From the human T2T-CHM13v2.0 reference genome, Homo sapiens, in NCBI RefSeq assembly GCF_009914755.1, contig NC_060931.1: 64,000 nt of DNA; one strand, 5' to 3'. Positions 1 through 16,379 of this stretch are shown here, piece by piece. Each line of letters starts with the position of its first letter. Positions within the stretch are counted from its first letter, which is position 1. The notes under the pieces were generated by a model, which ran no database searches, had not been told where the DNA came from, and saw only the letters and a list, made by a program, of their open reading frames with translations. A program made the translations under genes and the position numbers.

Positions 1-626
1 TGTTTTGATTGGCTTATTTAATCCATTCATATTCTACTCTGCTTCTCTTGGAGTGACATGCCTGCCCTACAAGAGTAGCATTTGGTCTTCTGGGCTTGTC
101 CCTCCTGGTGTGGAATCTCTGCCCTATCAGCAAGTTTTGATGGAATCAATCAGAGCCTCAGTATTGTCAGCCTGCTGTGCCTGGGGTAGACATTTAGACA
201 TTCTGCCCTACATGGAAGAGCAATTGGGGGAATGGAACTTCATCCTTTGAGCCACGCCTGCCTGAAATTCCAGGGAGCATGGGAAATGCCGGTTGCCTAC
301 CCCTCTCAAAATGAAACTGTAACCCTAAATGGAAAGCCAGGTAGAGAGAGAGCACCTGTCTTGTCTGCACCTGCCCAGGGCAGAACACACGTAGTCAAGT
401 TACACAGAACTGGGGTGGGCGAGCAGCTTAAATGCTTCAGACTCAGGCTGTTCTTACTGAGATTTCCTAGTTTTCTTAAATGAATATTTCTCCATTTGCT
501 AAATGCCCTTAGAACAATTTGTAGACATTTTAGGTAATTGTTTAAAAAATGATTTTTCACTAGTTAAGTGGTTTATTTTTTTTCTGGGGAGAGAGTTACT
601 ATGCTCTTTCTGCTGCCATTCTAGAA
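1..626 (-). mobile_element. Ancient L1M (L1MC/MD/ME-type) fragment, probably 5' region
   Basis: Degraded resemblance to old L1 5' ends (…tttttcactagtt…ctgctgccattct); boundaries approximate. Confidence 0.35.
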
Positions 627-2541
627 TTACACCTCTAAAGACAACACTGAACTATTTAGAATAAAGCATTTTTTTTCAATTGCCTGCCCTTGTGAGCTAA
701 AAATTACAATTTTTATTCAATGTAAAGTTCTAGCTCAAGTATCTTTATTTGTGACAAATGATACTGAGTCCCTCGATGTTATTAAATATTTGGAATTCTA
801 CATTTTTGTTATAACGTCTTGATTCAGAGAAGAAAGTAAGTTATATGGCTGCAGTTCTTGTTCCATGAATATTTAGCTCAACGATTTGTGAGTTTTTATT
901 AACAAAATGCCTTTGGACCAATAGTCCTGTAATAAACTTAAACCCTCAATTTAGTCTTAGCGACAAATTTGTCATTTTGTATTTGTTCCCTAAAGGGAAA
1001 TTTAGTCTAGCTAGAGTATATCGGGGGTTTTATGACAAGACACCAAAGCTGTGTAGCTCCTTAAATACTTAATCATGTGTGTATTCTATTCAAATACTTT
1101 AAGATTTTTATGTTTGCTGGATAATTTATCTAATCTTTTTTATCCCCGCTGTTAATGGTAAACCAATAACTGAAAGAAATCAAGGCTAAGAGCCAAGTTA
1201 CCTTTATGCTGTGCTATATTCTTTGATCTTTGCTGAAATTGAGTGGGGCAGGGATATATTTTTCCCTTGGCCCTTTAAAGATTATTTATAAAAATTGTTG
1301 TTATCTTTCATATATTTAACATACACACTGGATGTGTGTATTTCCCATATAATCTCTGAATCATTGAAACTTATGGATAATCCATTTAAACTACACTTAC
1401 TAAGTAAGTGGTCTGCTGAAAACACATTCATGTGGGCCGTAGCTTTTAAGCAGGTTTTAGTTTAATCATTTAGGCTCATAAGAAGCCAGCTAATTACTCC
1501 TTCCCTTTCCTCCATAAACCAACAAGCTTATTGAAGACTTACTGTGGGTTATACTCCAAGTGGGATCGTAGGGATACACAGAAAGATTAAACTGAGCTTT
1601 GCCTGCAGGGATCATTGTCTCAGGCAGGCTAAGTTGCATGCGTTAAATTATTAAGTAAATGAAAGTTTGTTGTTGTGTTTCTGATTTTCTCTTTCCTTTC
1701 TACTGGGTTACCTCTTTCTCTTATCAAGTATGATCTGCCCTCTTTTCTTGCTCTTCTTTTCATGCTTTCAAACACTGATTTAGAAAGGCATGCTCACTAC
1801 ATGAATCTAAGTTGATGCCTGTCTTCTGAAGGAATCTGTGGGGCCAGGAATTATGGTTGTACCGGCAGTGCCCTATGCAAGAGCACCTGGCCAAGGGGGC
1901 AACTGGCTGGGCTGAATCCAGGCCACTCTCCACTTGCCAAGTCCTGAATCTCTGTGGATGTTTTAAGGAAATAGGGGTGCCATTTATAACTTCTGTGCCT
2001 CATGGAGTGCCTTTGACTCATTCTTGTGAAGGTGCTGTATGCGCAAGCTGACATCCTGAATATCTTAGTTTTAAGAAAAGGCTCTGTCCTTTATTATTGG
2101 GTTTTAAAAAGTCAGGGAGAAGATAGACTATTTGGGGATTCAAGGGCCATCCTTGTGATTATAAACTCCTAGAATGAAGCTTGATGTCTACTGTACTTCT
2201 AGGTAAAGCAGATTTAATGTCTACCACTTCCATATCCTGTATATTTGTGAGATAATGAGACTAGCTCCTCCCATATTAGTTAAGAGGTAAGACTAAAAAC
2301 CAGTAATAGGCTTTTTAAGTTAAGGTTTCAGTTATAGATATTCCTGCAAGAGAAAAGACAATGAATTGAATAGTCGTAAAAAACCGTAACTTAGGTGGGT
2401 GCTTAATGTCAGTGATCTTGGCCAAGATAGGGACAGGGGAACCCAGCCTTGGGACACTGGAAAGAATGAAGCCAGGTACAGATGATCACTCATCAAAACA
2501 GAGGACATGGAGTTCAAATTTTAGATTAAAAGTATGCGAAC

Positions 2542-2880
2542 TACTAAGGTTTGAATGTTTGTGCCCTCCAAAATCAAATCATGTTGAAATTTAATTGCCA
2601 TTCTAACAGTATTAGGAGGGAGACCTTAAAGAGGTGACCAGGCCATGAGGACTCCTGTCTCATGGGATGAATCCCATTATGAGGGTGAATTAGATCCCCT
2701 GTTGTCTCTTTGCTCTTCTGCCTTCTGCCACGGGACAATGCAGCAAGAAAGCCCTCACCAAATGCCAGTGCCTGGATTTTGGACTTCCCAGCCTCCAGAA
2801 CTGTAAGAAAATATAGTTCTGTTCTTTATCAATTACCCGTCTCAGGTATTCTGCTGTAGAAGCACAAAACGGGGCATGAC
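2542..2880 (+). mobile_element. MaLR solo LTR (MSTD/MLT1A-like)
   Basis: ggtttgaatgtttgtgccctccaaaa start; ggacttcccagcctccagaactgtaagaaa and aattacccgtctcaggtattctg in 3' part. Confidence 0.8.
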
Positions 2881-3343
2881 ATCAACTTAAGTATCCTGCT
2901 GGAACCTGAATGAGGAGGCACAGTGATCTAAATCATAGTCAGACTTCCCCGCAAGGTAGGTCTAAACCATTCAAATTCGAGGTGAAATTAGAATTGGAGA
3001 AAACTACTGTGGAACCAGAAACGCACATGGCAAACTAGGATCTTTGATGGAAACTTGGAATCTTGGAATGGGAGCCTGCCTTTTAACTTAAGGAGAAAGG
3101 AAAAAGACAAGAAGAGAACTTGTGCTCTTTCTAGAGTCAGAGGCAAAGCCTGGGGTAGAGGAGTTGAGGGATAAACATGGTGTTGGGAATGACCATACAA
3201 ATAGTGCCCCTGCCCTCAGCACACACATGGGCAGTGCCTCCTAGTTGGCTTAGCGTTCCCTTGGGAACCCATGGCCAGAGAGTGTCAGTGTGTTTCAGGT
3301 CCAAGATTTTCTCCTTCCCACCTGTGTCTTGATGCCAGAAAAG

Positions 3344-3346
<3 letters not shown>

Positions 3347-3385
<39 letters not shown>

Positions 3386-3402
3386 AGAGAAAGAGAAAGA
3401 GA
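3347..3402. repeat. (GA)n followed by (GAGAAA)n compound microsatellite
   Basis: Directly visible purine-only tandem repeat. Confidence 0.95.
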
Positions 3403-4309
3403 ACACACTACCATTGATTTTGTTTGAGTTTTGGTGGAAAATTTACATATGATTAGCTGCAACATTTTGAGAGAGCCAATTAATTTTGTAACCTTGTAAT
3501 ATTTAGTAGGATTTATTTGGTCTCTTAATTCTATAACTTTTGAAGGAGTTTGAAGATGTTTGCTTGGCTTCTATTTTGTTGGAGAGAGCATACTATGTAT
3601 GTAAATTGAAATTAATGTCATAGAAAGATCTTCTTTCTAATTAGAATGTTAAAAAATAATTTATTAATGGCTAGGTATTACAAAGTTATATGTTTGCATT
3701 CAACAAGAGCAGCAGGCACTTAGCCACTAATGATCAAATTATCATAAAAAACCTGGAGAATCATTTCTTCACTTTCTCCCTATGTTATGAGCCTTCCTAT
3801 TTATTACAATAATTAAAATAGTTAACAATGACTCTAAAATATTTGTATTGTAAATTTTATTTACAAAGCAATGACTTCATTTTTGAGTGATTTTTAATTT
3901 ATACAAAAGAGGAAAGAGGTTGATATTGCTGTGAGTGCCAACAATGCATTGAACTATGATTTAAGTTCACCCAACCTCATGATATACCTAGTGCATGTAG
4001 TATAACATTAAAGTTGAGACTTTCTCATTGGCAAAACTGTCCTAAGTGCTTTCACGTGTAGAGTATTTTCTGAATGTGTGTGTGTGTTAGGATATTTCTT
4101 AGGTTTTTGATAGTTGCCATGATTGGCATGTGGTTTTAGAAATTGCCATTGTCCCCACTGCCCCCCACTGATACAAGAGATCTTCATGGAAAAAGTAGAC
4201 TTTCCAGAGCTTTTAGGACAGAAAAAAACAAGCCAGGAAAAGGAATATCTTCCAGGTTTAGGACTATATTTGTCTATTATAACGGGGTTATGATATATCT
4301 CTAGCTCGA

Positions 4310-4463
4310 CTCTTTAGCAGACTTATCTAGAGAACTTGTTAAAAAGCAGATGCCTGCACCTAACCCTGGGGAGTCTGTTATATATGCCTGTGGTGGGCTC
4401 AGGCATTTTTTATAAGCGCCTCAGAAAACCCTGATATACGTACCATATTTGCAAGTAAACCAC
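4310..4463. mobile_element. MER5-like hAT-Charlie MITE
   Basis: cttgttaaaaagcagatgcctg…gtgggctcaggcattttttataagcgcctcag…accactg. Confidence 0.55.
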
Positions 4464-5190
<727 letters not shown>

Positions 5191-6485
5191 CTGTTACAGT
5201 AATTTTCAAAGAGCCACTGAACACTTTTATTATGAAAATTGATGAGTCTACCGATTTTTTTTTATACTGGATTGTTTTCTTTCATTGTAAATTGCAAAGG
5301 ACAGTAAAGCTTGGTGTAACTTATTAGAGTTTAAAGTAGAAATTAATAATTCTGCTTCACAACGCAATTTATAAATTCCACAATAGACTAAATACTTTAA
5401 TAAATGTTAACAGATTTTGTTGACTGAAACTTAGATATGCTATAACATGGTTCAATAACTATTACTGGTAGGATTCTGGTTGGATCAATGCAGCTGAGAG
5501 TGCCCCTCATGTGCTGGTTCAACCCTGTGCTAAAAAGATTTTTGGGCCCTAGGAAAAACGATCTCAAAGAATGAACCTACTCAAGAAAGTGTAATTGAGA
5601 GTTTTGGATTATATTCATCGATTTTGGAAACTTGGCTTTTGTTAGAGTAAAATCAGTTTTAAGTATTTTTGAAAAAGGATTATGAAGGATTTGCATTTGT
5701 TTAATATGAACTAAAATTCTGCAAGTTGCCTGAAATGTTACCATTATAGATTTAATTCTTTAATAAGTGGCCTGTGGTATGTCTGTCACAGCAAAAATGT
5801 TATTTGGTGTCATTGGTCCATTATACTTTAGAGGTATTTCAAGGTAGTGAAAAGGCTACCACAGTTGAAACGGTAAGATTTGCTTTTATTAACTTTGTGA
5901 TCTTGGCCAAGGCATCTGGCCTGTCTGAGCTCAACGTAGAGTCAGAACTAAGGAGTTTTACAATATCTCTTCTCAATGTTCCCCCCTGCCCCATCCTAAC
6001 AAAAAAGTGAATCCATTATTAGACATCAGAAGTGGAACACTTCTCAGGAATGTAGACACCCAGTTTTTCTCTAGAGCTGGCCCTTGATGGGCTACAACAC
6101 CAGATTGGTAAATTTGGAGTAGGCAGTGTTGCCTGTGTCAAGACTTGCATTCTCCTCTTTTCTAGTGTCTCAACATCTTTTTCCTTTCTCCTTGTCTTTT
6201 CCCCTAGTCCTGTTGTGCAGCTCAGGGCTAGGCATTGTGAGATTCCCATGGCACCTGGATCACCCTTGAAGTGGACATAGTGATAGCTGTTTTCTTCTGT
6301 CAAAATTGGCTGCCACATTTATATGCTGGTTTTGTTCTCATCTATGCCAATCTCTGAGAAAGCTTTGAACTGTCATTTTTTATTAAGAATATAGTTCTCC
6401 TGCTTAGCAATTAATATTTAGGGTAAAAAAATCCCCCAAGTTGGAAGAGAATGAAAAGACACAGTTGCGGAAATGAATATGGCAT

Positions 6486-6937
6486 TGTGAACCCCCAAAA
6501 TCTGAGACAGGTCTCAGTTAATGTAGAAAGTTTATTTTGCCAAGGTTTAGGACCTGTGCCCATGACACAGCCTCAGGAGGTTCTGAAGACATGAGCCCAA
6601 GGTGGTCAGAGCACAGTTTAGTTTTACACATTTTAGGGAGACATGAGACATCAATCAACGTATCTAAGATGAACATTGGTTTGGTCTGGAAAGGCAGGAC
6701 AACTCTAAGCAGGGAGGGGGCTTCCAGGTTATAGGTAGGTGAGAGACAAAGGGTTGCATTCTTTTTGAATTTGTGATTCACCTTTCCAAAAAAGGCAATC
6801 ATATATGCATTTATCTCAGTGAGCAGAGGGATGACTTTGAATAGAGTGGGAGGCAGGTTTGCCCTAAGCAGTTCCCAGCTTGACTTTTCCCTTTAGTTTA
6901 GTGATCTTGGGTCCCAGAGATTTATTTTCCTTTCACA
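6486..6937 (-). mobile_element. MER4A/MER4A1 ERV1 solo LTR
   Basis: tgtgaaccc…ctgagacaggtctcagttaat…tttattttcctttcaca; 4-bp TSD gcat (6482-6485, 6938-6941). Confidence 0.88.
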
Positions 6938-7018
6938 GCATGAATGGGAGAGAGTGAGAAGTCTGGCCTTATCGAAGGAGGTAGGACTAAATTCTAGGGG
7001 CCTTGAAAGCCAGTTTAA

Positions 7019-7790
<772 letters not shown>

Positions 7791-8858
7791 GTTTCCTGTG
7801 CAATCTGTTGTTAGTGGCAAAATGGTCACTTGGAAGTGGTTAGGTACTGTTGAAAGAATAACTGACTAGTCTTTTAAGCTCTAAGATAGGAAGCAAACTC
7901 ATAGGCTGTAAGGTTTACAGTACAACTCTCTGGAGGGGTGAATGGCATAAATACAAATCATTATTGGACCTAATAGACCTAATAGCATTTGCTTCCATAC
8001 ATTTCGCACGTGAATGGCACTGTAGCAATGTTTAACCATGCCTGATTGCTTCACGTTCTTGCAACCACTGCTGCTGGTAGGCTGTGTTTCATTACCATTC
8101 TGCTGGCTGTCAGCATTTCCATGATACAATTAGAGGCATGTAATTCCCAGAACAAATGAGCTATTTCGAATATTGTGAGATGTGTAATTCAATATTATAT
8201 GGGCCTGTAGAATAAATGAGTTTAGAGAAACAAATATGCAGGAGTTTGGGCTGAACAACCTGTCAGATGAATGACCTGCCGGTCCCCTTGCCTTCTGATG
8301 CAATCACGGGTGGGGACGTGGCATATAAGGAGAGTGACTATTAAAACACAACAGATACCTGCTGTTCCTTTGATGCCGTGTGAATGCTGTACTTGCCTAT
8401 TAAGAACTAGGATTTCATTTCTCCCTTGCAACTTTGGACAGTAGAATTCAAATAAGTGAGAACTGTAAATGTAAACTCTGACTTGAATAAAGAACTTTTT
8501 GGTAAATAAATTATTTTGTTCTTCTATTTTCCTGTGACATAGATTCATCCAGAACTGAAAATTATTCACGTTTTTTTCAAGAACACACACATGGCTTTGA
8601 ACCTTTAGTTTCTATATTTAAATTTAACTAATCAAACTGCTTTTACTTATTCTTCAAGTTGTCTGCTAATACAGGGGATGTATGTAATTGCTGGTAGAGA
8701 TATGTAATAACAGGGCCAATCCCCTATAGGGGATATACAGCTGGAAGGGGACTTGAGAACCCAAACCTCTACTGAACAAAGAGAAGGCCTTTTATGTATG
8801 GTTGCATCAATCTGGGCAGAGCTCATACTACACCCGGGCTTCCCAATATCCCATTACC

Positions 8859-9541
8859 TGTAACCACCCAATGAATTCATTTGGCCCACTGCCCAGATAG
8901 AGCCAACTTATCAAGACAGAGGATTGCAACAGAGGAAGAATTTAATTCACACAGAGCCGGCTGAATTGGAGGCTGGAGTTTTATTACTCAAATCAGTCTC
9001 CATGAAAATTTGGAAGCTAGGGTTTTCAAGGGGTAGTTTGGCAGGCTAGGGAATGGATGTTGCTGATTTGTTGGGGTGCAATCATAGGAGTGTGGAAAAT
9101 GGTCCTCTTGTGGGCTCAGTCTTCTTCTGGGTGGAACCATCTGTCATCAGAAATGCAAAAATCTGAAAAGACACCTCACAAGGCCAATCTTAGCTTCTAC
9201 AAGTGTGATGTTATTTGCAGGAGTAATTGGGGAACTTGCAAATCCTGTGACCTCTAGAATAATGGCTGGATATCATTTATGTCTACACCTTACCAGAATT
9301 CAGGCTCCTTATCCTCCAAACCTGGTGCTCTGTCCTCAGTTTTACAAACATGGTTTAGTTTGGAGGAAGGGCTATTATCATTTAAACTATAGACTAAATG
9401 TCTCCTGAAGTTAGCTTGGCTCAAGGCCAGGAAGGATTAAGGGCAGTTTGGAGGTTAAAGACAAGATGGGGACTGGTCAGATCAGATCGTTTTAACTATC
9501 ATCATTTTCTCACTGTTATAATTTTTGCAAAGGTGATTTCA
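8859..9541 (-). mobile_element. LTR8-family ERV1 solo LTR
   Basis: tgtaaccaccca…actcaaatcagtctc…cactgttataatttttgcaaaggtgatttca; clearly homologous to 37586-38236. Confidence 0.85.
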
Positions 9542-9943
9542 CACTGATCCTGCTAAGCTGCATATGGTCACCCAAGGTCACTTTGTATGGGGCCTGGTGA
9601 GAGATGCCTGTTGCAGCTGTACCCTTCCTGAGGTCAAGGGCAAATGCCTCCCTGTGTTCCTCTGATCTTGTCTCACCTCTTCCATTTCCCCATTCTTGAT
9701 TTCTTACCCACAACCTTTTTCATTTTTCCTCAATGGGTTCATCTATTAAGGACCCCAATTCATAACTTATTCAAGTGTGTGTACCTGTTTATTTAGTTTG
9801 CAGATAGCACAATACACTATATGGTGAGTTCTAACATGTTCTGGAAGCCTGAAAACTATCTCTCTGTAATACTGGTGTTTCTTTAAAGCCTTTCTACCTT
9901 GGATTGTCTCCACCTCATCTCTGAGGTGGCAGAGGTAGAACAT

Positions 9944-10695
<752 letters not shown>

Positions 10696-10719
10696 AGGGT
10701 ACCAAATTAGAAAGAATTA

Positions 10720-10875
10720 AGCAACAGAAATGTCCCAAGCATAGGGGAATTGTTGACACATGGTACATCTATATAATGGAATATTTTAAAACCATTAACT
10801 AAGTTTTCAAACAAGTACTTACTGACTGTAATGACTTTGGGAAATGCTCACAATAAACCATTCAGGGATAAGCAG
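10720..10875 (+). mobile_element. L1ME-type 3' fragment
   Basis: aaatgtcc…ataggggaattgttg…atggtacatctatataatggaatat. Confidence 0.5.
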
Positions 10876-11778
10876 AAAGTACTTTTGTGGAATTTCAGTA
10901 AATTTCAGATTGATGCAATCTTAGGCAAAAGGACTTCTCTTTGTTCAGTAGGGGTTTGGGTTCTCTAGTCCCCTTCCAGTTGTACATGGGGTATTCTAGA
11001 ATTCATGGTTTCAGCTCTTCATGAGTAACGCCGAGGGTCCAGCCATGTTGTAATGTTACTGAGGGAGATACCTGAATCCGCAGCCTCTGAGTCTATTCCA
11101 CAGAGAAGGGTGGTCACTTAGGCAAAGGGGAAGCCAGCGGCCACTGTGTCTGGACATTCCCATGGCCACACAGTTCGTTGTTTTCTACTTTCAGGTGCTC
11201 ACTCACTGACTTAGTGATCAATTCCATTTCTGTAGAAAATGTGCCCCTCCCAGCCAAGGGCATCAACAGTGAGTGCAGCTGATAAAAATGAAACCGTTAA
11301 AAAAGCCAATGGTTCTTAGAAGATTTAACTCACTTCAAAAGTGCAGAATGCCAAATTCAGTAATGACTTTAAATTGTGAAGTGACTGAGGCTGCCATACA
11401 TTTTGTTCTTGTATGTAAACAAGAACAAGCCATTTGAGGAATTGCTGTGAGAATTCTAAGCTGTGCAAAAATTGTTCAAGTGAAAATAAATTTTGATGAG
11501 AGCTGAAAAAGGTGGTTAGCTGGCAGTTCAGAGATGTACACAAAAGCAAGTTCCTCTCACATGAAATATGAATGACTTGGTAGAACCCCAGGAGTTTGTG
11601 CAAACAATCCTCTGACCCTACAGTCGAAGAAGTCATTGATATTACTGTTCAACCGATCACCTATCATAGGCAAGTAGGAGGAGAGGCTGTTCCCATCCAT
11701 AGAGACGTATTTCCTCCAGAGCAGAAGGGCTGCTGGAGGAGCCTGGGAGGATGTGCTTTCAGGATATACCAAACCTTG

Positions 11779-12622
11779 TGAGGTAGGAGGCAGAACTCAA
11801 CTCCAGAGGTGGGGATTGCACAAAGGACCACATTGAGGACTAGCTAAAACAGGTCCAGGGCAGAAGCTCCTCCCCATAAGACATGCCCACCAGTGTGTTA
11901 TGTCAGTCTACCATTGCCATGGCAACACCCAGAAGTTACCATTCCTTTCCGTGGCAACTACCTGACAGCCTGCAAGTTACCACCTGTATTAGTCCATTTT
12001 CACGCTGCTGATAAAGACATACCCAAGACTGCGAAGAAAAAGAGGTTTAATTGGACTTATAGTTCCGCATGGCTGGGGAGGCCTCAGGACCATGGCGGGA
12101 GGTGAAAGGCACTTCTTACCTGGCAGCGGCAAGAGAAAATGAGGAAGATGCAAAAGCAGAAACTCCTGATAAAACCATCAGATCTCGTGAGACTTATTCA
12201 CTACCACGAGAAATGTATGGGGGAAACGGCCCCCATGATTCAAATTATCTCCCATCAGATCCCTCCCACAACACGTGGGAATTATAGGACTAAAATTCAA
12301 GATGAGATTTGGGTGAGGACACAGAGCCAAACCATATCACCACCCTCATTGTAGAAATTTCTGCATAAACCGCCCCTTAATTTGCATGTAATTAAAAGTG
12401 GGTATAAATATGAGTGCAGAATTACCTCTGAGCTGCTACTCTGGGCTCCCTGCCTATGGGGCAGCCCTACTCTGCAAGGAGCAGTACCTCTGCTGCCGTA
12501 CACTGCTGCTTCAATAAAAGTTGCTGCCTAACACCACCAGCTTGCCCTTGAATTCTTTCCTGGATGAAGCCAAGAATCCTCCCTGCTATACCTCAGTTTT
12601 GAGGCTTGCCCGTTCTGCATCG
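11779..12622 (+). mobile_element. MER66-like ERV1 solo LTR interrupted by THE1
   Basis: tgaggtaggaggc…gaggactagctaaaacagg…aataaaag…ctgcatc; 4-bp TSD cttg (11775-11778, 12623-12626). Confidence 0.78.
11985..12339 (-). mobile_element. THE1A-type MaLR solo LTR nested in MER66
   Basis: tgtattagtccattttcacgctgctgataaagacatacc…ccaaaccatatca; perfect 5-bp TSD ccacc (11980-11984, 12340-12344). Confidence 0.93.
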
Positions 12623-13213
12623 CTTGCACAGTATTCAAAGAAAAGCCTCCACCAACGAGGCTTAAAGGCAGCCAAGGCCAAATGCCCTTCCAGCTTTGAG
12701 CGACGAGGCAGGCTCCACGACTGGGGAGCTACTTTTTAAATGAAGTCCAAAATGTTAAGCGGAAAGATTAAAACATTTCTGACTGGTTTTGTAGGTCTGT
12801 TTTGTCAGAGTGCTATTTATGGATTTGGGGACAGGTGAATTGTATTTAATGATATGAATAAGATTTTAATGTTCATGGGAGATTTGTCAGTGTTCAATTT
12901 ATCTGTGATTTGTCTGTGTCAAACACATGTATGCACATAGACAAATACATAGAAGAATGAAGGGGAAGCGAGGGTGGGAGAAGGAAAGGAAATAAAGAAG
13001 GAAAGTCACAAAGACCGGATTGTAAGAGAGTTTTGCTTGTGCTCATCATGAAGCATCAGGCATTAGACTAGCCTCCCCATTTGTTCTAAGACTGGACACA
13101 ATCTATAAAACAACTGTTTTCAAATGTTAGCAGCACTGGCCTGCAATCTAAGAAAGAAGGAAGAACCAAGGCGAACCGTGCATTCACCTTGCTCTCTGAC
13201 TGGAAGCCGTTTC

Positions 13214-13685
13214 TGCAGGGGAGAGAAAACAATGTCTTTTCTTTCCTTTTTTAGGTTCTTAGTTGAGACACTTTCCTGAAAACAAAAGTCAGATTAACAC
13301 AATAAAGACAAGCACAAGTTTGTACCCAGCACATGGGAGAGGCCTCAGTTCAAAAGTATTTCTCTCTTAAGGCTTATGGGCTTTGCTTACGGAGTATTTT
13401 AACAAACAGTCATAAATCCTACACAGTGACAAGACAAAGGAGAGGGCAGCTCCGGTCTTTTAAAAGGAGGGAACCTGTGGGAAGTCAGTGAGATCTGCGC
13501 CCAGATTCCCCTGGTGCTGGCTGGGGCCCTCTCTGGGCTGATGAGCAGGTGCCATCCCCAGGAAGGAAGGATGGATGTCCTGGTGTATGGCAAACAGGGG
13601 CAGAGGTGGAGAGCTCCCTATGTTTTCAGTGTCTTTCACTTAGCAATTCTCAATACTTTGGGGAGAACTATTTTGGTTTCCTCCA
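13214..13685 (-). mobile_element. MER4-group ERV1 solo LTR (MER31/34/67-like)
   Basis: TG…CA termini (tgcagggg…attttggtttcctcca); 4-bp TSD tttc (13210-13213, 13686-13689). Confidence 0.7.
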
Positions 13686-14107
13686 TTTCTGAGCCATGAT
13701 GTAGGGAGAAGGAGGGAAACTGAGCACACCTGTCTTGCTGAACTAGGGACAGAGATGGGGGTTGGGGGCTGGTGAGGGTTGATGGATTTTGCAGGGTAGA
13801 GTGCTGGAGAGGAGGGATCTATGTAGAAAAAGAGCTCCACGAATCTGCAAAGCGATTCTCTTGTCTGAATACTAAGCAGTATTTTCACTAGGTGAGATTC
13901 AATGTGATCAAGAAATGAACCACCCCTAGGGAGCTGTGGGCTCCACAGAGCTCCTGGCTCTTTCACAGGCTGAGAAGGTGTTGAAGTTTGACCATCCGAG
14001 GCAGAGATACCATGTTGAGCTCTCTGGGCCCTCCACGGTCACCTCTAGAATGCCATGATTTGGGAGTAGGCCTTAATTAGCCCTACAGTAATGGCTACTA
14101 CAAAACA

Positions 14108-14288
14108 CGTTTCTCAACCTTGCATTATTAATGTTCTGGGCCTGACAATCCTTTGTTGGAGAGGGGTCTGTACCATGCAATGTGGAATATTTACCAGCAT
14201 CCCTGGCCTCTACCCACTATATGCCACTAGCAGGTTCCAGTTGTGAAAATTAAAAAAAAAAAAATTGACCCCCAGTTAGAACCACTAC
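14108..14288. mobile_element. MER20 hAT-Charlie MITE
   Basis: tttctcaacct…cagcatccctggcctctacccactatatgcca…cccagttagaaccact. Confidence 0.8.
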
Positions 14289-14466
14289 TCTAGATTCTTC
14301 ATAACAAAACTCATAATAAATTTCAAAAAGACAAGGATGATTTGCAAGTAAATTAACTGTGGCAAAGCAAACCTTGATGTTCTTGAAAGAAAGATAACAA
14401 AATCCATACTGCAAACAAGGCTGAATTCATAATGTTCAGCATGCAAACCACAGTGAATAGTGTGTG

Positions 14467-14892
14467 TGTGATACAGATTGCTTGATAAAGAGCTTACGTC
14501 CCTAGTTGCTGTGATTGCTTTTGGCAGGCAGCCTTCAGTTGTTAGGCTCCTTAAGGGTTTGTCTCAGTAAAAAGAGTTGCCTTGTCTCAGGCCACATCTC
14601 CTTACTGGAGTAGCCTACACCTCACCCAGTGACTGATTGACAGAGGGGTATAAAGGCCTGATTTCCTTGCTTCAAGCTGGGAGATCTCTGCAAAGCCACA
14701 CCGACTCCAGAGCTTATGGTGGGGTCAACTGGTGCTTTCTTTGGGACTATACGGCAGCTTAATTTCTCCTATCCATTCTTACTTTCTTTCCCTCCTTTCT
14801 GCAGGTGTTGGTTGTAAAGTTCTCCCTAATAAGTGTGCTACATTATAATCTCCATCTCAGAGTCATATTTCAGGGGAATTCAATGTGCAACA
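14467..14892 (+). mobile_element. LTR16A-like ERVL LTR
   Basis: ggggtataaaggcc…ctccagagct…ccctaataag…tctccatctcagagtc…gcaaca. Confidence 0.6.
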
Positions 14893-16379
14893 CAAGAAAA
14901 AAGTCATTAGATGTGTGAAAAAGCAGCAGGAACCTGTAACCAAGAATCAAGAGAAAAATTAGTCAGTAGAACAGAAACAGAAATGACAGATCTGATGTAA
15001 TTAGAGGAAACATACTTCAAAACAGCAGTCATAAATATGCTCAAAGATTTAAAGGAAACCAGAGGTATAATGAGGAAAGATCTTAACAGAGAAATAAAAG
15101 CTATAAAAATGAACCAAATGGTGATGATACACTGAAAGACATAATATATAAAATAAAAAATTAGCTGGGTGCTCTTAACAACAGATTAGGCGCCACAGGT
15201 AAATGGTCAGTAAAGTAGAAAACTGGATAATAAAAGCTATTCAAAATAAAACACTGAGAGGAAACTTACTGGAAAAGAATTGAACAGAGCCTCAGTGTCC
15301 TGTGAGACAATATCAAGTAGAATAATGTGTCATTTGAGTTGCAAAAGAAGAAAAAAGATTTTGAGGGCCCAAAGAATATTTGAAGTAACAATAGCTGGGA
15401 ATTTTCAATATCTGATGAGAAATAGAAATTCATAGGTCCCAGAAACTCAAAAAAATTAAAGCAGAATAAATGAAACCACATAAAAGCATATCATAATCAA
15501 ATTCTAAAAGCAAATGATGAAACTAAAAATTTAGAAGCATCCAAAGAAAAAGGGCACATTATACAAAGGACAACTGTGACAGTAATTTTACTGACTTCTT
15601 AAATTAAACAATACAAGACAGAAGAAAATGGAATTGTCTTTAAAATACTTAAAGGAAAAAAAATCTGTCAATGTAGAATTGTATATCCAGGAAAAATATC
15701 CTTCACAAATGAAGTTTTAATAAAAAACTTTTAGATAAATAAAAGGTGACAAAAGTTGTCTATAACAAGCCCATTCTATAAGAAATATTTTAGAAAGTTA
15801 TTCATCCTGAAGGAAAATGATACCAGAAGGAAATTTGGCTCTGTAAGATAATGTATAGCACCAGGAATGGCAAATATGTGGGTAAACATAGAATACTTTT
15901 TCTTGTTTCATTATTTATTTAAAAGATAACTTATTGTTTAAAATAAAATTAACAACAATGTATTGTGGGGCTCATAATATACAAATGATTAAAACGTATA
16001 ATAACAATAGCACAAAGGGCGGGCTAAGTGGAAGTATGCTAGTTGTAAGTTTCTTAGATTGTATGTGAAGTGGTATAATTGGACGTTAGACTGTGGTAAG
16101 TTAAAGATACATATTGTCATCCCCAAAGAAGCCAGTAAACTTAAAAAAAACTAGTAAGGGTGATAACACTGATTTAGAAGTATTAAAAAATTAAAAAAAC
16201 TAACCAACCAACCAATCCAACAGGAAAGAATATGGGAGAAAAGGAAACAACAGACAGGCCAGTAGAAAACATGTAACAATATGATATACTTAGCCCAACC
16301 ATATCAAGCATTATATTAAATAGAAATGTACTAAATACTCCAGTTTAAAGGCAAAAATTATATGCTAGGAGAACCAGCA

